Source of the DNA: a virus
Taxonomy: Duplodnaviria > Caudoviricetes
Direction: 5' to 3' (one strand)
Virus record (IMG/VR): IMGVR_UViG_3300036861_000520
Location: 1-62,533 of that record
Length of the DNA stretch: 62,533 nt
Below are positions 1 through 9,690 of this stretch, one piece after another (position 1 is the first letter of the stretch; each line of letters starts with the position of its first letter). The translations under genes were made by a program, and so were the position numbers. The notes under the pieces were generated by a model that saw nothing but the letters and a program-made list of their open reading frames with translations, had not been told where the DNA came from and ran no database searches.

Positions 1-127
1 CGCCCCGATGTTGGCCCAATCGATACCCGCCTCCCCAGTGGCCGTGACGTCCAGCGTCCTGCTCGCCACGGTGGGCTTCAGGGCGCCGTAGTCGGAAAGC
101 GCGGTATCCGCCTCGGCGTTGACATCC
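1..127. repeat. 127-bp terminal direct repeat (circular assembly overlap), left copy
   Basis: 1-127 is identical to 62407-62533; a minus-strand ORF reads in frame across the junction. Confidence 0.95.
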
Positions 128-1296
128 AGCTTCGCTTGTGCCCCCAGGGAGCCGATGCTGCCGCCGACGTTACCGCCGACATTGCCCGTGACGCTCCCCA
201 CGGCACCCGTGACCGAGGCCACTGCGCCCGCCGCAACCGCCGCCTGAATCTCGGTCACCGCGTCAGTCGCCAGCGCGTCGGCGTCAATGGCGTTCGTGGC
301 GATAGCGGCTGCCGTGATGGCATTCGCGGCGACCGCCCCGACGGAAGCATCCATCCGGCCGGAAACCAGTACGGCGGGGAGCCTCGTCTGGATGTCGTCC
401 AGGTCCGCTTGAGCCGTTACCTGCGCCGCCGCAGTAGCGAGTCCGCTTTGTATTTCAGCCACCGCGTCGGCAGCGAGTTCGGAAGCACCGATGGCATCAG
501 CGGCAATGGCTGCAGCGTTGATTGCTCCAGCCGCGAAGGTGGCCGCGTCGATGGCTCCGTCCGCGATCTTGGCTGCGGTGATCGCATCAGCCGCGATGGC
601 TCCGGCATCGATGGCTCCGTCCGCAATGGCCGAGGCTGTCACCACATTCGCTGCCATCGCGACCACGTTCGCATCAGGCTGGCCTGCCGTCGTCATCGTC
701 GGCATAGCGGTCCCGCCCCAGGCCGCGACGTTGGCTGTCTCCGGGGCGAGGATGTCATACGTCGAGGCCGATGAGGGATTCGTCCCCCAGGCACTATCGA
801 CGGTGGCGACCTGGGTAGAGGCAATCGATCCGATGATCTTGCGGAGTTGATACTGCGCCCCGGCCGGACTGTTGTTGGTGATCAGCACATAGCAGCCGTC
901 GAGGCTGCCGTCCTTGAGGATCGCATTCGCCGCCAGGGTGATCGTGGAAGCCCCGCCCGCCTGCGCCGTCCCCGCTGCGATGGATTTGAGACGCTTCGGG
1001 TAGAAGGTGAGCGGCGTCGTCTTCATCCCCGCGGTGGCAGATTTTACGATGACGGCGATGCACTTCCCGGTCATCTCTGCGCCGGTCAGATCCAGGTAGT
1101 ACATCCCCGAGTTGGTGGCAATCTCGGTCGCTTCGTTGGTGCAGTCCGCGAAGGTGCCCTGGTCGATGCTCACCTCGGAGTCGGGTGTGGTAGCCCCTGC
1201 CACCAGGTCCCCGTCCGCATCCAGCATCGGGAATACCACGCGATAGTGGGCGCCGTAGATCGGCTCCTCGTGTGCGTCGCCAGGAGAATGCGCCAT
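1..1296 (-). CDS. 5' part of a ~724 aa Ala/Thr/Asp-rich repeat fibre-like virion protein spanning the junction (continues 62406..61528)
   Basis: Not in the ORF track. ATG at 1296 abuts the upstream TAG; manual translation MAHSPGDAHEEPIYGAHYRVVFPMLDADG... is open to base 1 and contains AIADGAIDA-type repeats. Confidence 0.8.
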   Translation of the reverse strand, partial: MAHSPGDAHEEPIYGAHYRVVFPMLDADGDLVAGATTPDSEVSIDQGTFADCTNEATEIATNSGMYYLDLTGAEMTGKCIAVIVKSATAGMKTTPLTFYPKRLKSIAAGTAQAGGASTITLAANAILKDGSLDGCYVLITNNSPAGAQYQLRKIIGSIASTQVATVDSAWGTNPSSASTYDILAPETANVAAWGGTAMPTMTTAGQPDANVVAMAANVVTASAIADGAIDAGAIAADAITAAKIADGAIDAATFAAGAINAAAIAADAIGASELAADAVAEIQSGLATAAAQVTAQADLDDIQTRLPAVLVSGRMDASVGAVAANAITAAAIATNAIDADALATDAVTEIQAAVAAGAVASVTGAVGSVTGNVGGNVGGSIGSLGAQAKLDVNAEADTALSDYGALKPTVASRTLDVTATGEAGIDWANIGA

Positions 1297-4002
1297 CTAC
1301 CAGCCCCTTCCCGCCGGAATCGGACCCGGCGCCATGTATCGCACCCCACCCCACCGCCGCAATGCCGGATGACCAGTGGCCGTCGTCGGAGTCCCCCAAT
1401 AGGTTACCGCATACGAGAAGATCGAGGCCCTGTCAGCATCGGACAGCGTTCCGGTTGCGATCCCATCCTCGCCTACCTCCAGGCCGGAAAACTGCTCTGA
1501 CACGCTGCCGCGGTAGAGGCAGCCGAAGACGTAGCGGAGGAAGGTCCAGAGCGTGTTCGGGAACATCGTATGCGTGATCACCAACGTTCCATCCACATAG
1601 AGCCTGACCGCCTCGGTGCCATTGTAATCCAGCACGAAGGCGTGGATGTTGGTATCCGGCGCCCCGCCCGAGGTGGAGTACGACATGCTGTTGTCGTCCA
1701 GGGTCTCGATCTCATAGACGGGGCCCGCCTTCACCCGGACCGTCAGAAACGCGTTCGTCGGCCCGTTCCTGGTCAGTGAGAGGAACGACTGCGCTGAGCC
1801 GCTCAAACTCGTGGCCTTCGCCACCCACCAGAGCTTGAAGGCTCCACCGCCCGTCACCTTACCCGCAATCTGGCCCGGCGTGTTCTCCAGCCATACCGCT
1901 CCGGCGCCGAGCTTCGTCATCGGCTTGCCGGTAGGCGATTCAGCGGTCTCGTAGGTGATCGTGCCCCCGCCCGCTGTGCGTTCGCAGAGATACCCGGTGC
2001 GCGGCGCGACGTCCGTCACCGCGGTTCCGTCGGCCAGCGTGCCCCCCGCAGCCGCCAGGAAGGCATCGGACCGGTGAGATGCCACCACTCCCGATACGAA
2101 CTGCAATGGATCCGCGCCCGGGGATGCCGCCGTGTTGAACCGCGCACTCAGCAGGGTCTGAAGATACCCCCACTGCGTGGCGTTCAGCCGGTATGGGTAG
2201 ACGACCACATCTCCGCAGGTCGCCAACATCCAGCCCGTCGTGCTGGTTCTACGGTGCGCCCCGACCGTGAACATGTTGGCGGTCATCACCGCCCCGCTAC
2301 TGAACGTCACTTCCTGGGTGAGCGTTCCATCCAGGAAGAGCTGCCCTTTCCCGGCCGCATCTTTGCAGCTCCCAGCCACATGGTAGGATGCAGTATCCCG
2401 CTCCCAGCAGCCGAGGGACTCTTCCACGGAGCCGTCAGTCCGCTGGTCACAGTGGACCATCACATTCGATGGATTGCTCACATACTCGTCGAACGTCGGC
2501 GTATCTGTGCCGGATTTGTCGGCGATGAAGTCCGTCTCGTTCCCAGTCCGGCCGGCCATTGAGCCCAGCTTGCGGACCATCGCGAACGAGACCTCGGTCA
2601 TGAACACGGAACCGATGGCGTCGCAGGAGAGCCAGTCGTCTGTGCCGTCCAGATCCCAGACCTTAGTCGCAGTTCCCCCGTTGCCGTTGGTCGCGACTAC
2701 GGGTTTGAAGCCCGCCGTTCCCTGCGCCAGCGCTCGACTGGATCCCGACCCACGATCCGCCCAACTGGTGATCGAGGAGCCTGCCGCGCCCAGGTCCTCG
2801 GTGCACCAATAGGCAGTGGTGGGCGCGATATCCGTGGGGTCATCCAGCACGGCCAGCGTTGTGCCGTTCGCCACGCTCGAATTGGCCGAATTGCCCGCCG
2901 TGTTCGTGCTGTAAACGCGATAGTAATAGATCGTGCTGTCCGCGAGGTGCCCGCCCGCCTGATCCGTGCCCATGTCGAAGGTGTACGTGGCCGTCAGCCC
3001 CGTGGCAATCGTGGTCCAGCCGGTGGCCCCGTCCAGGCTCCGCTGCACCGTATGGGTCTGGGCTCCCAGCCCTGCGGTCCAGGTGATCAAGTGTGATCGA
3101 TAGCAGGCCCGCACCGTGACCCCGGTCGGCGCATCCGGCACCCCGATCCACTTCGCTGCCAGCCCGTTCCGGACGTAAATCCGATCCGCATCGGACAATG
3201 CGACGTTGTAGACCAGCAGTTGTCCCAGATCAAACGCGCCGAAAAGTTGGCCGTTCGGGGCCGCTGGCCGCACGATCCCGCCCAGAACGACCTGATCAAT
3301 GCCGGCCGACGAGTTAGCGCCTTCCGTGGTCGAATGCGCGTTTCCCGCATCCGAGTCCGTGTAGATCGTGACGTTCCCGGTGGATGCGGAGTAGGACGCG
3401 CAGACGATGTGCCAGCCAGTCGCGATAGCCACGTTATCGTGCGCGGGAACGGCGTCATCGTAGTCCCGGAAGATCGTCTGTGCGTTGGGCGAGTATGTCG
3501 AGTCCCTGGTTTTGCAGTAGCCGTAGGAGACGTTTGAGGCTGCCGGGTTCCAGCTCTGGACAATGGCGTTGGCACCGATTGCGCCGAGTGCCCAGAAAAT
3601 CGTGAAGTCGTGGGTGGTCCCACGGAACAGGGTCGCCAGCGCCAGAAGCTGACAAATCAGGATGTTGGAGGTGCCGTTCCAGCGCAGGGCGTTCAGGCTC
3701 GTCGGGGAGACACTCGTCTTGAGAGCCGGCCCGGTCGCCGTGCCAGCGGCCTGGAGTTTGAAATCAGCCCCGCTGACCCAATCCCGCCACCCCTTGACCT
3801 GGGTGGCGTCCGAGGTAGCCAGGATCGTCTCGGCTACGTCGGTATAGGTGCCCTGCGTGGCGTCCAGATTGGCGAGGAGACCCGCAACAGTCTGCGGATC
3901 CCAGACCGGAGGAGCCGCAAACGCACTGAAGCGGCGGCGCGGTCTCGGAAACCACTTACGCCGCCGCTTCGGCCATCTTATCGAAACCGGCGGGCGCCGC
4001 AT
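1297..4002 (-). CDS. Large virion adhesin-like protein: LamG/ConA-like domains plus one FN3 domain
   Basis: 901 aa; three lectin-like units (WHIVCASY...YNVALSDADR pattern); FN3-like PDAPTGVTV...YYYRVYSTNTAGNS. Confidence 0.7.
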   Translation of the reverse strand: MRRPPVSIRWPKRRRKWFPRPRRRFSAFAAPPVWDPQTVAGLLANLDATQGTYTDVAETILATSDATQVKGWRDWVSGADFKLQAAGTATGPALKTSVSPTSLNALRWNGTSNILICQLLALATLFRGTTHDFTIFWALGAIGANAIVQSWNPAASNVSYGYCKTRDSTYSPNAQTIFRDYDDAVPAHDNVAIATGWHIVCASYSASTGNVTIYTDSDAGNAHSTTEGANSSAGIDQVVLGGIVRPAAPNGQLFGAFDLGQLLVYNVALSDADRIYVRNGLAAKWIGVPDAPTGVTVRACYRSHLITWTAGLGAQTHTVQRSLDGATGWTTIATGLTATYTFDMGTDQAGGHLADSTIYYYRVYSTNTAGNSANSSVANGTTLAVLDDPTDIAPTTAYWCTEDLGAAGSSITSWADRGSGSSRALAQGTAGFKPVVATNGNGGTATKVWDLDGTDDWLSCDAIGSVFMTEVSFAMVRKLGSMAGRTGNETDFIADKSGTDTPTFDEYVSNPSNVMVHCDQRTDGSVEESLGCWERDTASYHVAGSCKDAAGKGQLFLDGTLTQEVTFSSGAVMTANMFTVGAHRRTSTTGWMLATCGDVVVYPYRLNATQWGYLQTLLSARFNTAASPGADPLQFVSGVVASHRSDAFLAAAGGTLADGTAVTDVAPRTGYLCERTAGGGTITYETAESPTGKPMTKLGAGAVWLENTPGQIAGKVTGGGAFKLWWVAKATSLSGSAQSFLSLTRNGPTNAFLTVRVKAGPVYEIETLDDNSMSYSTSGGAPDTNIHAFVLDYNGTEAVRLYVDGTLVITHTMFPNTLWTFLRYVFGCLYRGSVSEQFSGLEVGEDGIATGTLSDADRASIFSYAVTYWGTPTTATGHPALRRWGGVRYMAPGPIPAGRGW

Positions 4003-4006
4003 TTCA

Positions 4007-4474
4007 TTACAATTCTTCCACGAACAGCGTGCCTGAGATGGTCAGTGAATCGGCTGGAGCCGCCATAAGCCGGGCAACCAGCGTGGTATTCGCCTGGCTG
4101 ACTTTCGGCCGACACTCGGGCGGGAAATAGTGCTCCAGGCCCTGCCGGATGTTGAACGCCAGCGCGAGAAGCACCACCGGGGTTCCGACGCTGGCGATGG
4201 TCGTGTTGTTCGTCTCTGCCGCCAGACCAGCCGCCGTATCATTCGGGTCCAGCGGGATAGGTGTAGGCGCTGCGCCGCCAGAACCACCCGTGGAGTGCCC
4301 CCGGATGAATTCAACCCGGAGCATCTCTTCCGCAGCATCCCCCACATCAGACGACTGCGAGAGCAGTATCCCGTGGACCGCTACCGGCTTGTCGTCAGCG
4401 GGAGTGATCTCGAAAAAGTCCACCTGGGCCGTGACGGCCACTCCCTCGAAACTGATCGTATACATTCGGCCCAT
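4007..4474 (-). CDS. Hypothetical beta-rich structural protein
   Basis: Protein-like ORF in the structural operon. Confidence 0.6.
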   Translation of the reverse strand: MGRMYTISFEGVAVTAQVDFFEITPADDKPVAVHGILLSQSSDVGDAAEEMLRVEFIRGHSTGGSGGAAPTPIPLDPNDTAAGLAAETNNTTIASVGTPVVLLALAFNIRQGLEHYFPPECRPKVSQANTTLVARLMAAPADSLTISGTLFVEEL

Positions 4475-4479
4475 TAGCT

Positions 4480-4695
4480 CTACTCCTGCGTTTTGAACCA
4501 CTGAATCGCGTTCTTCACGATCGGAAGGAGCCAGTCGGCGTCCTCAAACTCAACCACGAGACGCTTCGCATCTGCCCGGCTCGGTGCTTCGTGGTATCGC
4601 TGGCAAGCATCCAGAAGCGCCGCGCTCCGGACCGCAGGCGGATTGTTGGGGTTCCTCGCGGCTTGTTCGTGCGCCTGTGCTTCCTGGATGCTCAT
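4480..4695 (-). CDS. Hypothetical protein
   Basis: 71 aa helical ORF tightly packed in the operon. Confidence 0.55.
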   Translation of the reverse strand: MSIQEAQAHEQAARNPNNPPAVRSAALLDACQRYHEAPSRADAKRLVVEFEDADWLLPIVKNAIQWFKTQE

Positions 4696-4790
4696 GGATC
4701 AGCCGCGTTCTTCCGTAGGCAGGTGCCCACCGTCCGGCCATACGTCATCCGCCTGCCCTGATCGGACCGGGTTCCATCGGCAGTGCCACT

Positions 4791-6194
4791 TCAGTGTCTC
4801 CCGTTGCACGTGGCCCGCTCCCACAGGTCGGGATATTCGCCACGCGCCTCTTTCTCCACGTCCGTCAGCACCGCGAGTTGCGCTTGCCCCGGCACCGCAC
4901 CCGCGTTCCCGCCGGGGAGCGCCTGCGGCCCGTCGTAGCTGACCGCCACCGCCGGGGACTCGGTCTCTTCCTCGGCGTACTGCTCCTGGGTGTAGATCCC
5001 GTCGGCCCACCGCTGCCGGTTCACTCGCTGCCGGTTCAGGGCCGCCGTCGCCGCGAATGCCTCGGCCTGCGCCGTCTGGAGCACGTCCTGCAGGTTGACA
5101 TCCGGCCACACCAGTTCGTAGGGGACGCGCCGCGCCTGCAGCCGAAGCCGCAGATCCGTCACGAACCGGATGGGCGCTTCGAGCTCGCGCCGGATCGTAT
5201 CGACCTTCGCGAGCAGCATATCCGCCTGCTGCGTGGAGAGGCGCTCCGTCGTGCTCCACGAGTAGCCGAGCAGCCAAGGCGGCAGGCCCAGCGCGACCAG
5301 GATCTCCTCCATGATGTTGCGCTTGGACACCTGGATGTCCATCACCTGACCGTCCGCTCCGATGACGGTCACCGTGATACGGCCCGCCGTCACGAAGTCC
5401 TGCACCTTGCCGTCGATCACGGCCGACTTCATCCCGGCGTTCCACTGCTCGGAGAGCGCGTTGACTACGGCCTGCCCGATAGAGCCGTCCGCGTCGTCCA
5501 GGGTGTCTGGCAGAACACAGTTCACGTGGAAGCTCGGCGTGCCAGACCGCCGCCACGTCTGCCGGTGGTTGTGGAGGATGTCCATCCAGATCCCGGCCAC
5601 CGTCGGTATTGCCAGGAAGAGGCTTTCTCCGTAAGGCCCGCAGGCCGTGGGATCGTGCGTCAGGCTCACCGCCGTCTCGGGATTGAGCGGCTGCAGGCCG
5701 ACACTCGGCTTCTGCTGGAGCACCTGCAGCCCGCCGCCGGGATCGCTCCGAAAGCCGCACTGGCCGGATGCGTAGGACCAGAGGCGGGGCACTTCACGCC
5801 GCGCAGGATCGATCTCCGCCTCACCGACTGCGTAGCCGTAGCGGAGCGATTGCCCGCACATGTCGTCAACCCACGTGCAGAGGCCGGAGCCCGCGTGGCC
5901 GTAGGCAACCGTCTTCGCCCACGTGTTCAGTTCCAGCGTGTCGCTGTCGCTCTGGCAGAGGAACTCCGGCGAGCCCGCGAAACCTGCGAGCACCGAGACG
6001 GCCTGCTTCAGAGGCGGGATGTTCCGCCAGAAGGAATCGAGGAGTTGGAAGCTCTGGTCACGCGGCAACGCGCCGAAGCTCCCGAAGGCGCCGGCGTAGG
6101 ACGGGCGGCCGGAAAGCGTGATTGCCACCGGCGCGGCTTTCGCGGCTGGAGCCTTCTCGATGAACAGATCGCGAATGGCGGTGAGGAGGCTCAT
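4791..6194 (-). CDS. Portal protein
   Basis: 467 aa directly after TerL; PYGESL and ILVALGLPPWLLG motifs typical of portals. Confidence 0.8.
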   Translation of the reverse strand: MSLLTAIRDLFIEKAPAAKAAPVAITLSGRPSYAGAFGSFGALPRDQSFQLLDSFWRNIPPLKQAVSVLAGFAGSPEFLCQSDSDTLELNTWAKTVAYGHAGSGLCTWVDDMCGQSLRYGYAVGEAEIDPARREVPRLWSYASGQCGFRSDPGGGLQVLQQKPSVGLQPLNPETAVSLTHDPTACGPYGESLFLAIPTVAGIWMDILHNHRQTWRRSGTPSFHVNCVLPDTLDDADGSIGQAVVNALSEQWNAGMKSAVIDGKVQDFVTAGRITVTVIGADGQVMDIQVSKRNIMEEILVALGLPPWLLGYSWSTTERLSTQQADMLLAKVDTIRRELEAPIRFVTDLRLRLQARRVPYELVWPDVNLQDVLQTAQAEAFAATAALNRQRVNRQRWADGIYTQEQYAEEETESPAVAVSYDGPQALPGGNAGAVPGQAQLAVLTDVEKEARGEYPDLWERATCNGRH

Positions 6195-6230
6195 AGGCGC
6201 AGGGAGTGAACCGGCGAGGCGTGCTGTTGG

Positions 6231-6243
6231 TATTCTAACACGC
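6231..6243 (-). promoter_or_regulatory. Putative late promoter motif GCGTGTTAGAATA (extended -10 TGnTAGAAT)
   Basis: 13-bp exact copy at 59501-59513; both copies lie upstream of head genes. Confidence 0.6.
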
Positions 6244-6248
6244 CTGGT

Positions 6249-7727
6249 TCATACTGCGCCCCGTGGGGCTCCCAGTGCTACTCCGGGGATGTAGCCCGCC
6301 CGGTGCGTCAGCGCGGTGAACGCGTCGGATGCCGCGTCGATCTGGTCGTCGTGCGTGCCGTTTGGGAACGTCCGGCATTCTTCGATGAAGGCCGGCACCC
6401 AGGCGCCGCCGGACACGATCCACACGTTCCCTGCCTCGACCTGGGCGGCGAACGGCTCGGCACGGATCTCCTTCGGCCCGGTCACCCGCACGGTCCGCAC
6501 CCGGTAGCCGGCCAGCATCCGCGAGAACGCGCCGGCAGCCTCCACGCCCGCGGAACCAGGATCCTGCGGCCCGGTGATCTGCACCTCCCGGCCGTCCTGC
6601 CCGGCCGTGGCGACGATCTCATCGTTCCGGGCCCCCACCGACCACTGCCCGCGGCGCACGTGCTCAATGAAGTAGCGGCCGTCATCCGAGCGCGACATCA
6701 GCAGCCCGGCCGTGTAGTCCCCGCCGCCCTCGGTCGCCGCGTGGTCCCAGGAGCGCACCCGGCGCCGCTTGGCCGGCAAATCGCCGACGTCGCAGTATTG
6801 GAAGCGGCCGACCTTGAAGAACGCGCCCTCGCGGGGCGTGGGGTTGCCCTGGTAAAGTGCCTCGAACACGTATCCCCCCAGCGTGGCCCTCGTCACCTCG
6901 AGCTTCTCCGCGTCATACCGCGCCGGCCAGAGCGCCTCGCCCGGCTGCCGGCCGAGTGGATCGTTCGCCAGCGCCAGCGCCGGCAGGTTGAGCACTTCCC
7001 ACCGCTCGCCGCCTTCTGCCTGCGCAACGAGGATGCGGCCGGCCAGGTCGTCCTCGTGCCAGCGCGTCTGGATGAGCACTATGGCGCAGTCAGGTTCCTG
7101 CCGCGTGTAGAGGTCGCCGTACCAGTCCCACACACGCTCCCGGTAGGCCGGGCTCTCCGCTTCCTCGCGGTTCTTTACCGGATCGTCCATCACGATCAGG
7201 TTGGCGCCCCGGCCCATCGGGACCGTGCCGACGCCCGAGGAGAGGTAGGACCCGCCGCCGTGGGTCTCCCACTCCGCGGCAGCCTTCCGGTCCGGGCCCA
7301 TCAGGCTCCGCGATTCCGCCAGCCGACGCGACCGCCGGCCGAAATGGTTGGCGAAGGTCTGGTTGTAGCAGCCGACGACAACCCGCAGCGAAGGCTCACG
7401 CTCCAGCCGCCACACCGGATAGCGTATGGTGGCGAGCTCGCTCTTGCCGTGCCTGGGAGGGCAGAAGATCATCAGGCGCTTGAGTTCGCCGGCCGTCACC
7501 CGCTGGAGCGCGGCCTGGATGGCACGGAGGTGCGGGCGCTCCCAGTCCCACCCCGGCGCCGAGACCTGCGGGAGCCAGTCCGGGAACGCAGGCACGGCCG
7601 GCGCGTCAGTTGGTGGCCGGAGGAACTGATGGGTTGATAGCGCCTTGACCTGGGACCACGCCGCGGAGAGTTTCGCGCTCGAACCGGCTCCCAACCGCAT
7701 AGGCTGCCTGGTCTCCAGCGACATCAC
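6249..7727 (-). CDS. terL: Terminase large subunit
   Basis: Walker A PPRHGKS, Walker B IVMDDP, QTRWHEDD, nuclease motifs WDHA and FPNGTHDDQIDA; start position uncertain. Confidence 0.95.
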   Translation of the reverse strand: MMSLETRQPMRLGAGSSAKLSAAWSQVKALSTHQFLRPPTDAPAVPAFPDWLPQVSAPGWDWERPHLRAIQAALQRVTAGELKRLMIFCPPRHGKSELATIRYPVWRLEREPSLRVVVGCYNQTFANHFGRRSRRLAESRSLMGPDRKAAAEWETHGGGSYLSSGVGTVPMGRGANLIVMDDPVKNREEAESPAYRERVWDWYGDLYTRQEPDCAIVLIQTRWHEDDLAGRILVAQAEGGERWEVLNLPALALANDPLGRQPGEALWPARYDAEKLEVTRATLGGYVFEALYQGNPTPREGAFFKVGRFQYCDVGDLPAKRRRVRSWDHAATEGGGDYTAGLLMSRSDDGRYFIEHVRRGQWSVGARNDEIVATAGQDGREVQITGPQDPGSAGVEAAGAFSRMLAGYRVRTVRVTGPKEIRAEPFAAQVEAGNVWIVSGGAWVPAFIEECRTFPNGTHDDQIDAASDAFTALTHRAGYIPGVALGAPRGAV

Positions 7728-8325
7728 GCACGATCTCCATCAGGCGCGCCAGAATGACGATCATCTGCGCCTCGGTCATCACCATATCCGCCCGCTGGAG
7801 CGCCGCCGCCGCCTTACTCGCCAGTTCGGACCTGGACTTCGCGGCCCCGAGCACTTCCTGCCAGGCGGCGACCCGCTCCCCGCCTTCCTGAATCAGGCGC
7901 TCCATCTCACTCACGCCAGCCAGGACCCGCTTTCCATCTTGCGCATCCCACCCGGCCCGCACCGCCACGCCCGCCTCTGCCAGCGACTTGAGCCAGGCCG
8001 TTGAGAAGCCGCCCGCCAGCAGGTCTTTCCGCTCCAACAAGAACTGATCGAAAAGCGCAATCTCGGGTTCCGACTTCAGGATGTCTGGGTCTTCAACCAG
8101 CTCCCGGAACCGGTCGCCGAAGGTGGCGATGTAAGCCGAAACGCGCGTTCTCCCAGGCTTCGGGATTCCTCCCGGATGGACCGGACCGGGATTGTTCCCG
8201 CCGTGCTTATAGCACACTCGCTTACCATGCATAGCCCAGCGGCGGCAGGGACGGCCGTCAGTGCAGTGCCCCTGACACTTGATCGGAGCCGCAGGAGTGG
8301 ATACCGGCCCGCGTGCCTTACCCAC
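7606..8325 (-). CDS. Putative terminase small subunit with N-terminal CCCH/HGG zinc finger
   Basis: CQGHCTDGRPCRRWAMHGKRVCYKHGG followed by a helical body, immediately upstream of TerL; GTG start inferred. Confidence 0.65.
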   Translation of the reverse strand: MGKARGPVSTPAAPIKCQGHCTDGRPCRRWAMHGKRVCYKHGGNNPGPVHPGGIPKPGRTRVSAYIATFGDRFRELVEDPDILKSEPEIALFDQFLLERKDLLAGGFSTAWLKSLAEAGVAVRAGWDAQDGKRVLAGVSEMERLIQEGGERVAAWQEVLGAAKSRSELASKAAAALQRADMVMTEAQMIVILARLMEIVRDVAGDQAAYAVGSRFERETLRGVVPGQGAINPSVPPATN

Positions 8326-8956
8326 GCGCACCCCCAAACAGCCAGCCCAGGTCGTCTTCCCCACCGAGCGTCGGTTGGGCCGCGCCGAACTGGTAACCCG
8401 GCGCACCCTGCTGCCAGATGCGGTCGAAGAGGTTGGCGAAGAACGCCGCGACGTTGGCGCTCTCGTCCAGGTCGAAAAGCTCCATCCCGATCCCCCCAAC
8501 GAGGTTGAAGGTGCCGCGCACCGTGACCGCCCACCGCTCGTTGGTCACTACGACCACCTTCATGTGCGTTTTCGTGGTCCGGACCGCTTCGGCTCCGAGC
8601 CAATTGAGCACGAGCCGCGCCGCGTCCGGTGCCACGCCGGGGAAGCTCTCATCCGTCAGGAGCCGCAGGCTGCGAATGTCGCCGAGGCGCGTCAGTTCGC
8701 GCAGCTTCTCCACCGCCACCGGGTGCATTCTCCAGGTCGAGAGCAGCACCGAGGCCGGTCCGGTCTGGGCGAGGATCGCTTCGAGCGTGTCCCCGATGCC
8801 GAATTGGCCGGCGTTGACGCCGGTGATGTGGACGCCCGGCGTGAGCAGCCCGAATGCCTGCCGCGCGGTCTTTCTGGCCGTGCGGACTGTGCGCGAAGCT
8901 TCCCAACCGCCGACGCGCCGCAGTGGCCGGATGTCCGCCAGTGATCCTGGTCTCAT
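8318..8956 (-). CDS. Phospholipase D-superfamily (HxK...GT/SxN) nuclease-like protein, paralog 2
   Basis: THMKVVVVTNERWAVTVRGTFNL motif. Confidence 0.7.
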   Translation of the reverse strand: MRPGSLADIRPLRRVGGWEASRTVRTARKTARQAFGLLTPGVHITGVNAGQFGIGDTLEAILAQTGPASVLLSTWRMHPVAVEKLRELTRLGDIRSLRLLTDESFPGVAPDAARLVLNWLGAEAVRTTKTHMKVVVVTNERWAVTVRGTFNLVGGIGMELFDLDESANVAAFFANLFDRIWQQGAPGYQFGAAQPTLGGEDDLGWLFGGARG

Positions 8957-9690
8957 TCCGCGCCCCCCTCGAAGAGCCAGGACAGGTTATCGTGCGGCCC
9001 GGCCTGCGGTTCCACCGCTGCCAGTGGCTCGCCGAAGATGTCGGACAGGAGCGCGCGGTCCGTCTCGCTCACCTCATCGATCCAGCCGCGCTTCATCGTG
9101 CGGTTCGCCTCACCGCTGCCGACGAAAAAGCCCGGCTCCGCGACGCGCCAGAGGCGGTCGAAGGTCTCGTGGAAGAACGCGCAAAGCTCCGGCCCCTCGT
9201 CCAGGTCCCAGTTCTCAATGCCAAGTGTCAGGTTGAGGTTGAAGCTTCCCCGGATCACCACCTGCCAGCGGTCGTTGGTGATGACCGCCACCTTAAGGTG
9301 AGTCTTCGTCAACCGAATAGCCTCGGCGCCGAACCAGCCCTGGATCTGACGCGCGTAATGCGGCTTGAAGCGCGGGTATGCCCGGTCGATCAGCAGCCGC
9401 AGGTCCCGGACCGTGCCGGCCGCCTTCAGGTCCCGAAGCAACTCCGCCTCGAGGATCCCCATCCGCCACACGGATAAGGCGAGGTTCGCCGGTCCGGTCA
9501 GCGCGAGGACCGCTTCGAGGCAGTTCCAGAGCGAGTATTGCCCTGCGCTGATACCCGTCAGGTGGAGGCCCGGCTCCAACTCGCCGATGTGGGCTGCCGC
9601 GAGCGACGTCGCCGCCTTCACCCGCGCCGGCTTGCCGCCCCAGGTGGACTTGCGCTTGCGGGTGGCAGGATGGACCGTTGCGAGGATCAT
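8953..9690 (-). CDS. Phospholipase D-superfamily nuclease-like protein, paralog 1
   Basis: THLKVAVITNDRWQVVIRGSFNL motif; colinear with 8318..8956. Confidence 0.7.
   Translation of the reverse strand: MILATVHPATRKRKSTWGGKPARVKAATSLAAAHIGELEPGLHLTGISAGQYSLWNCLEAVLALTGPANLALSVWRMGILEAELLRDLKAAGTVRDLRLLIDRAYPRFKPHYARQIQGWFGAEAIRLTKTHLKVAVITNDRWQVVIRGSFNLNLTLGIENWDLDEGPELCAFFHETFDRLWRVAEPGFFVGSGEANRTMKRGWIDEVSETDRALLSDIFGEPLAAVEPQAGPHDNLSWLFEGGAE

Noticed and set aside
1-127. Terminal repeat as biological direct terminal repeats
   Set aside because: Exactly 127 bp, a common assembler k-mer length, and it lies mid-gene; most likely a circularisation overlap
250-400. Diversity-generating retroelement template/variable pair with 62190-62340
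   Set aside because: No reverse transcriptase seen; both copies lie in the same ORF and the differences do not look adenine-specific
4794-7637. Long plus-strand ORFs opposite portal and terminase (also 50294..51670, 54567..56108, 27816..28799 and similar)
   Set aside because: Antisense shadows of high-GC genes; Arg/Pro-biased or motif-free and without RBS
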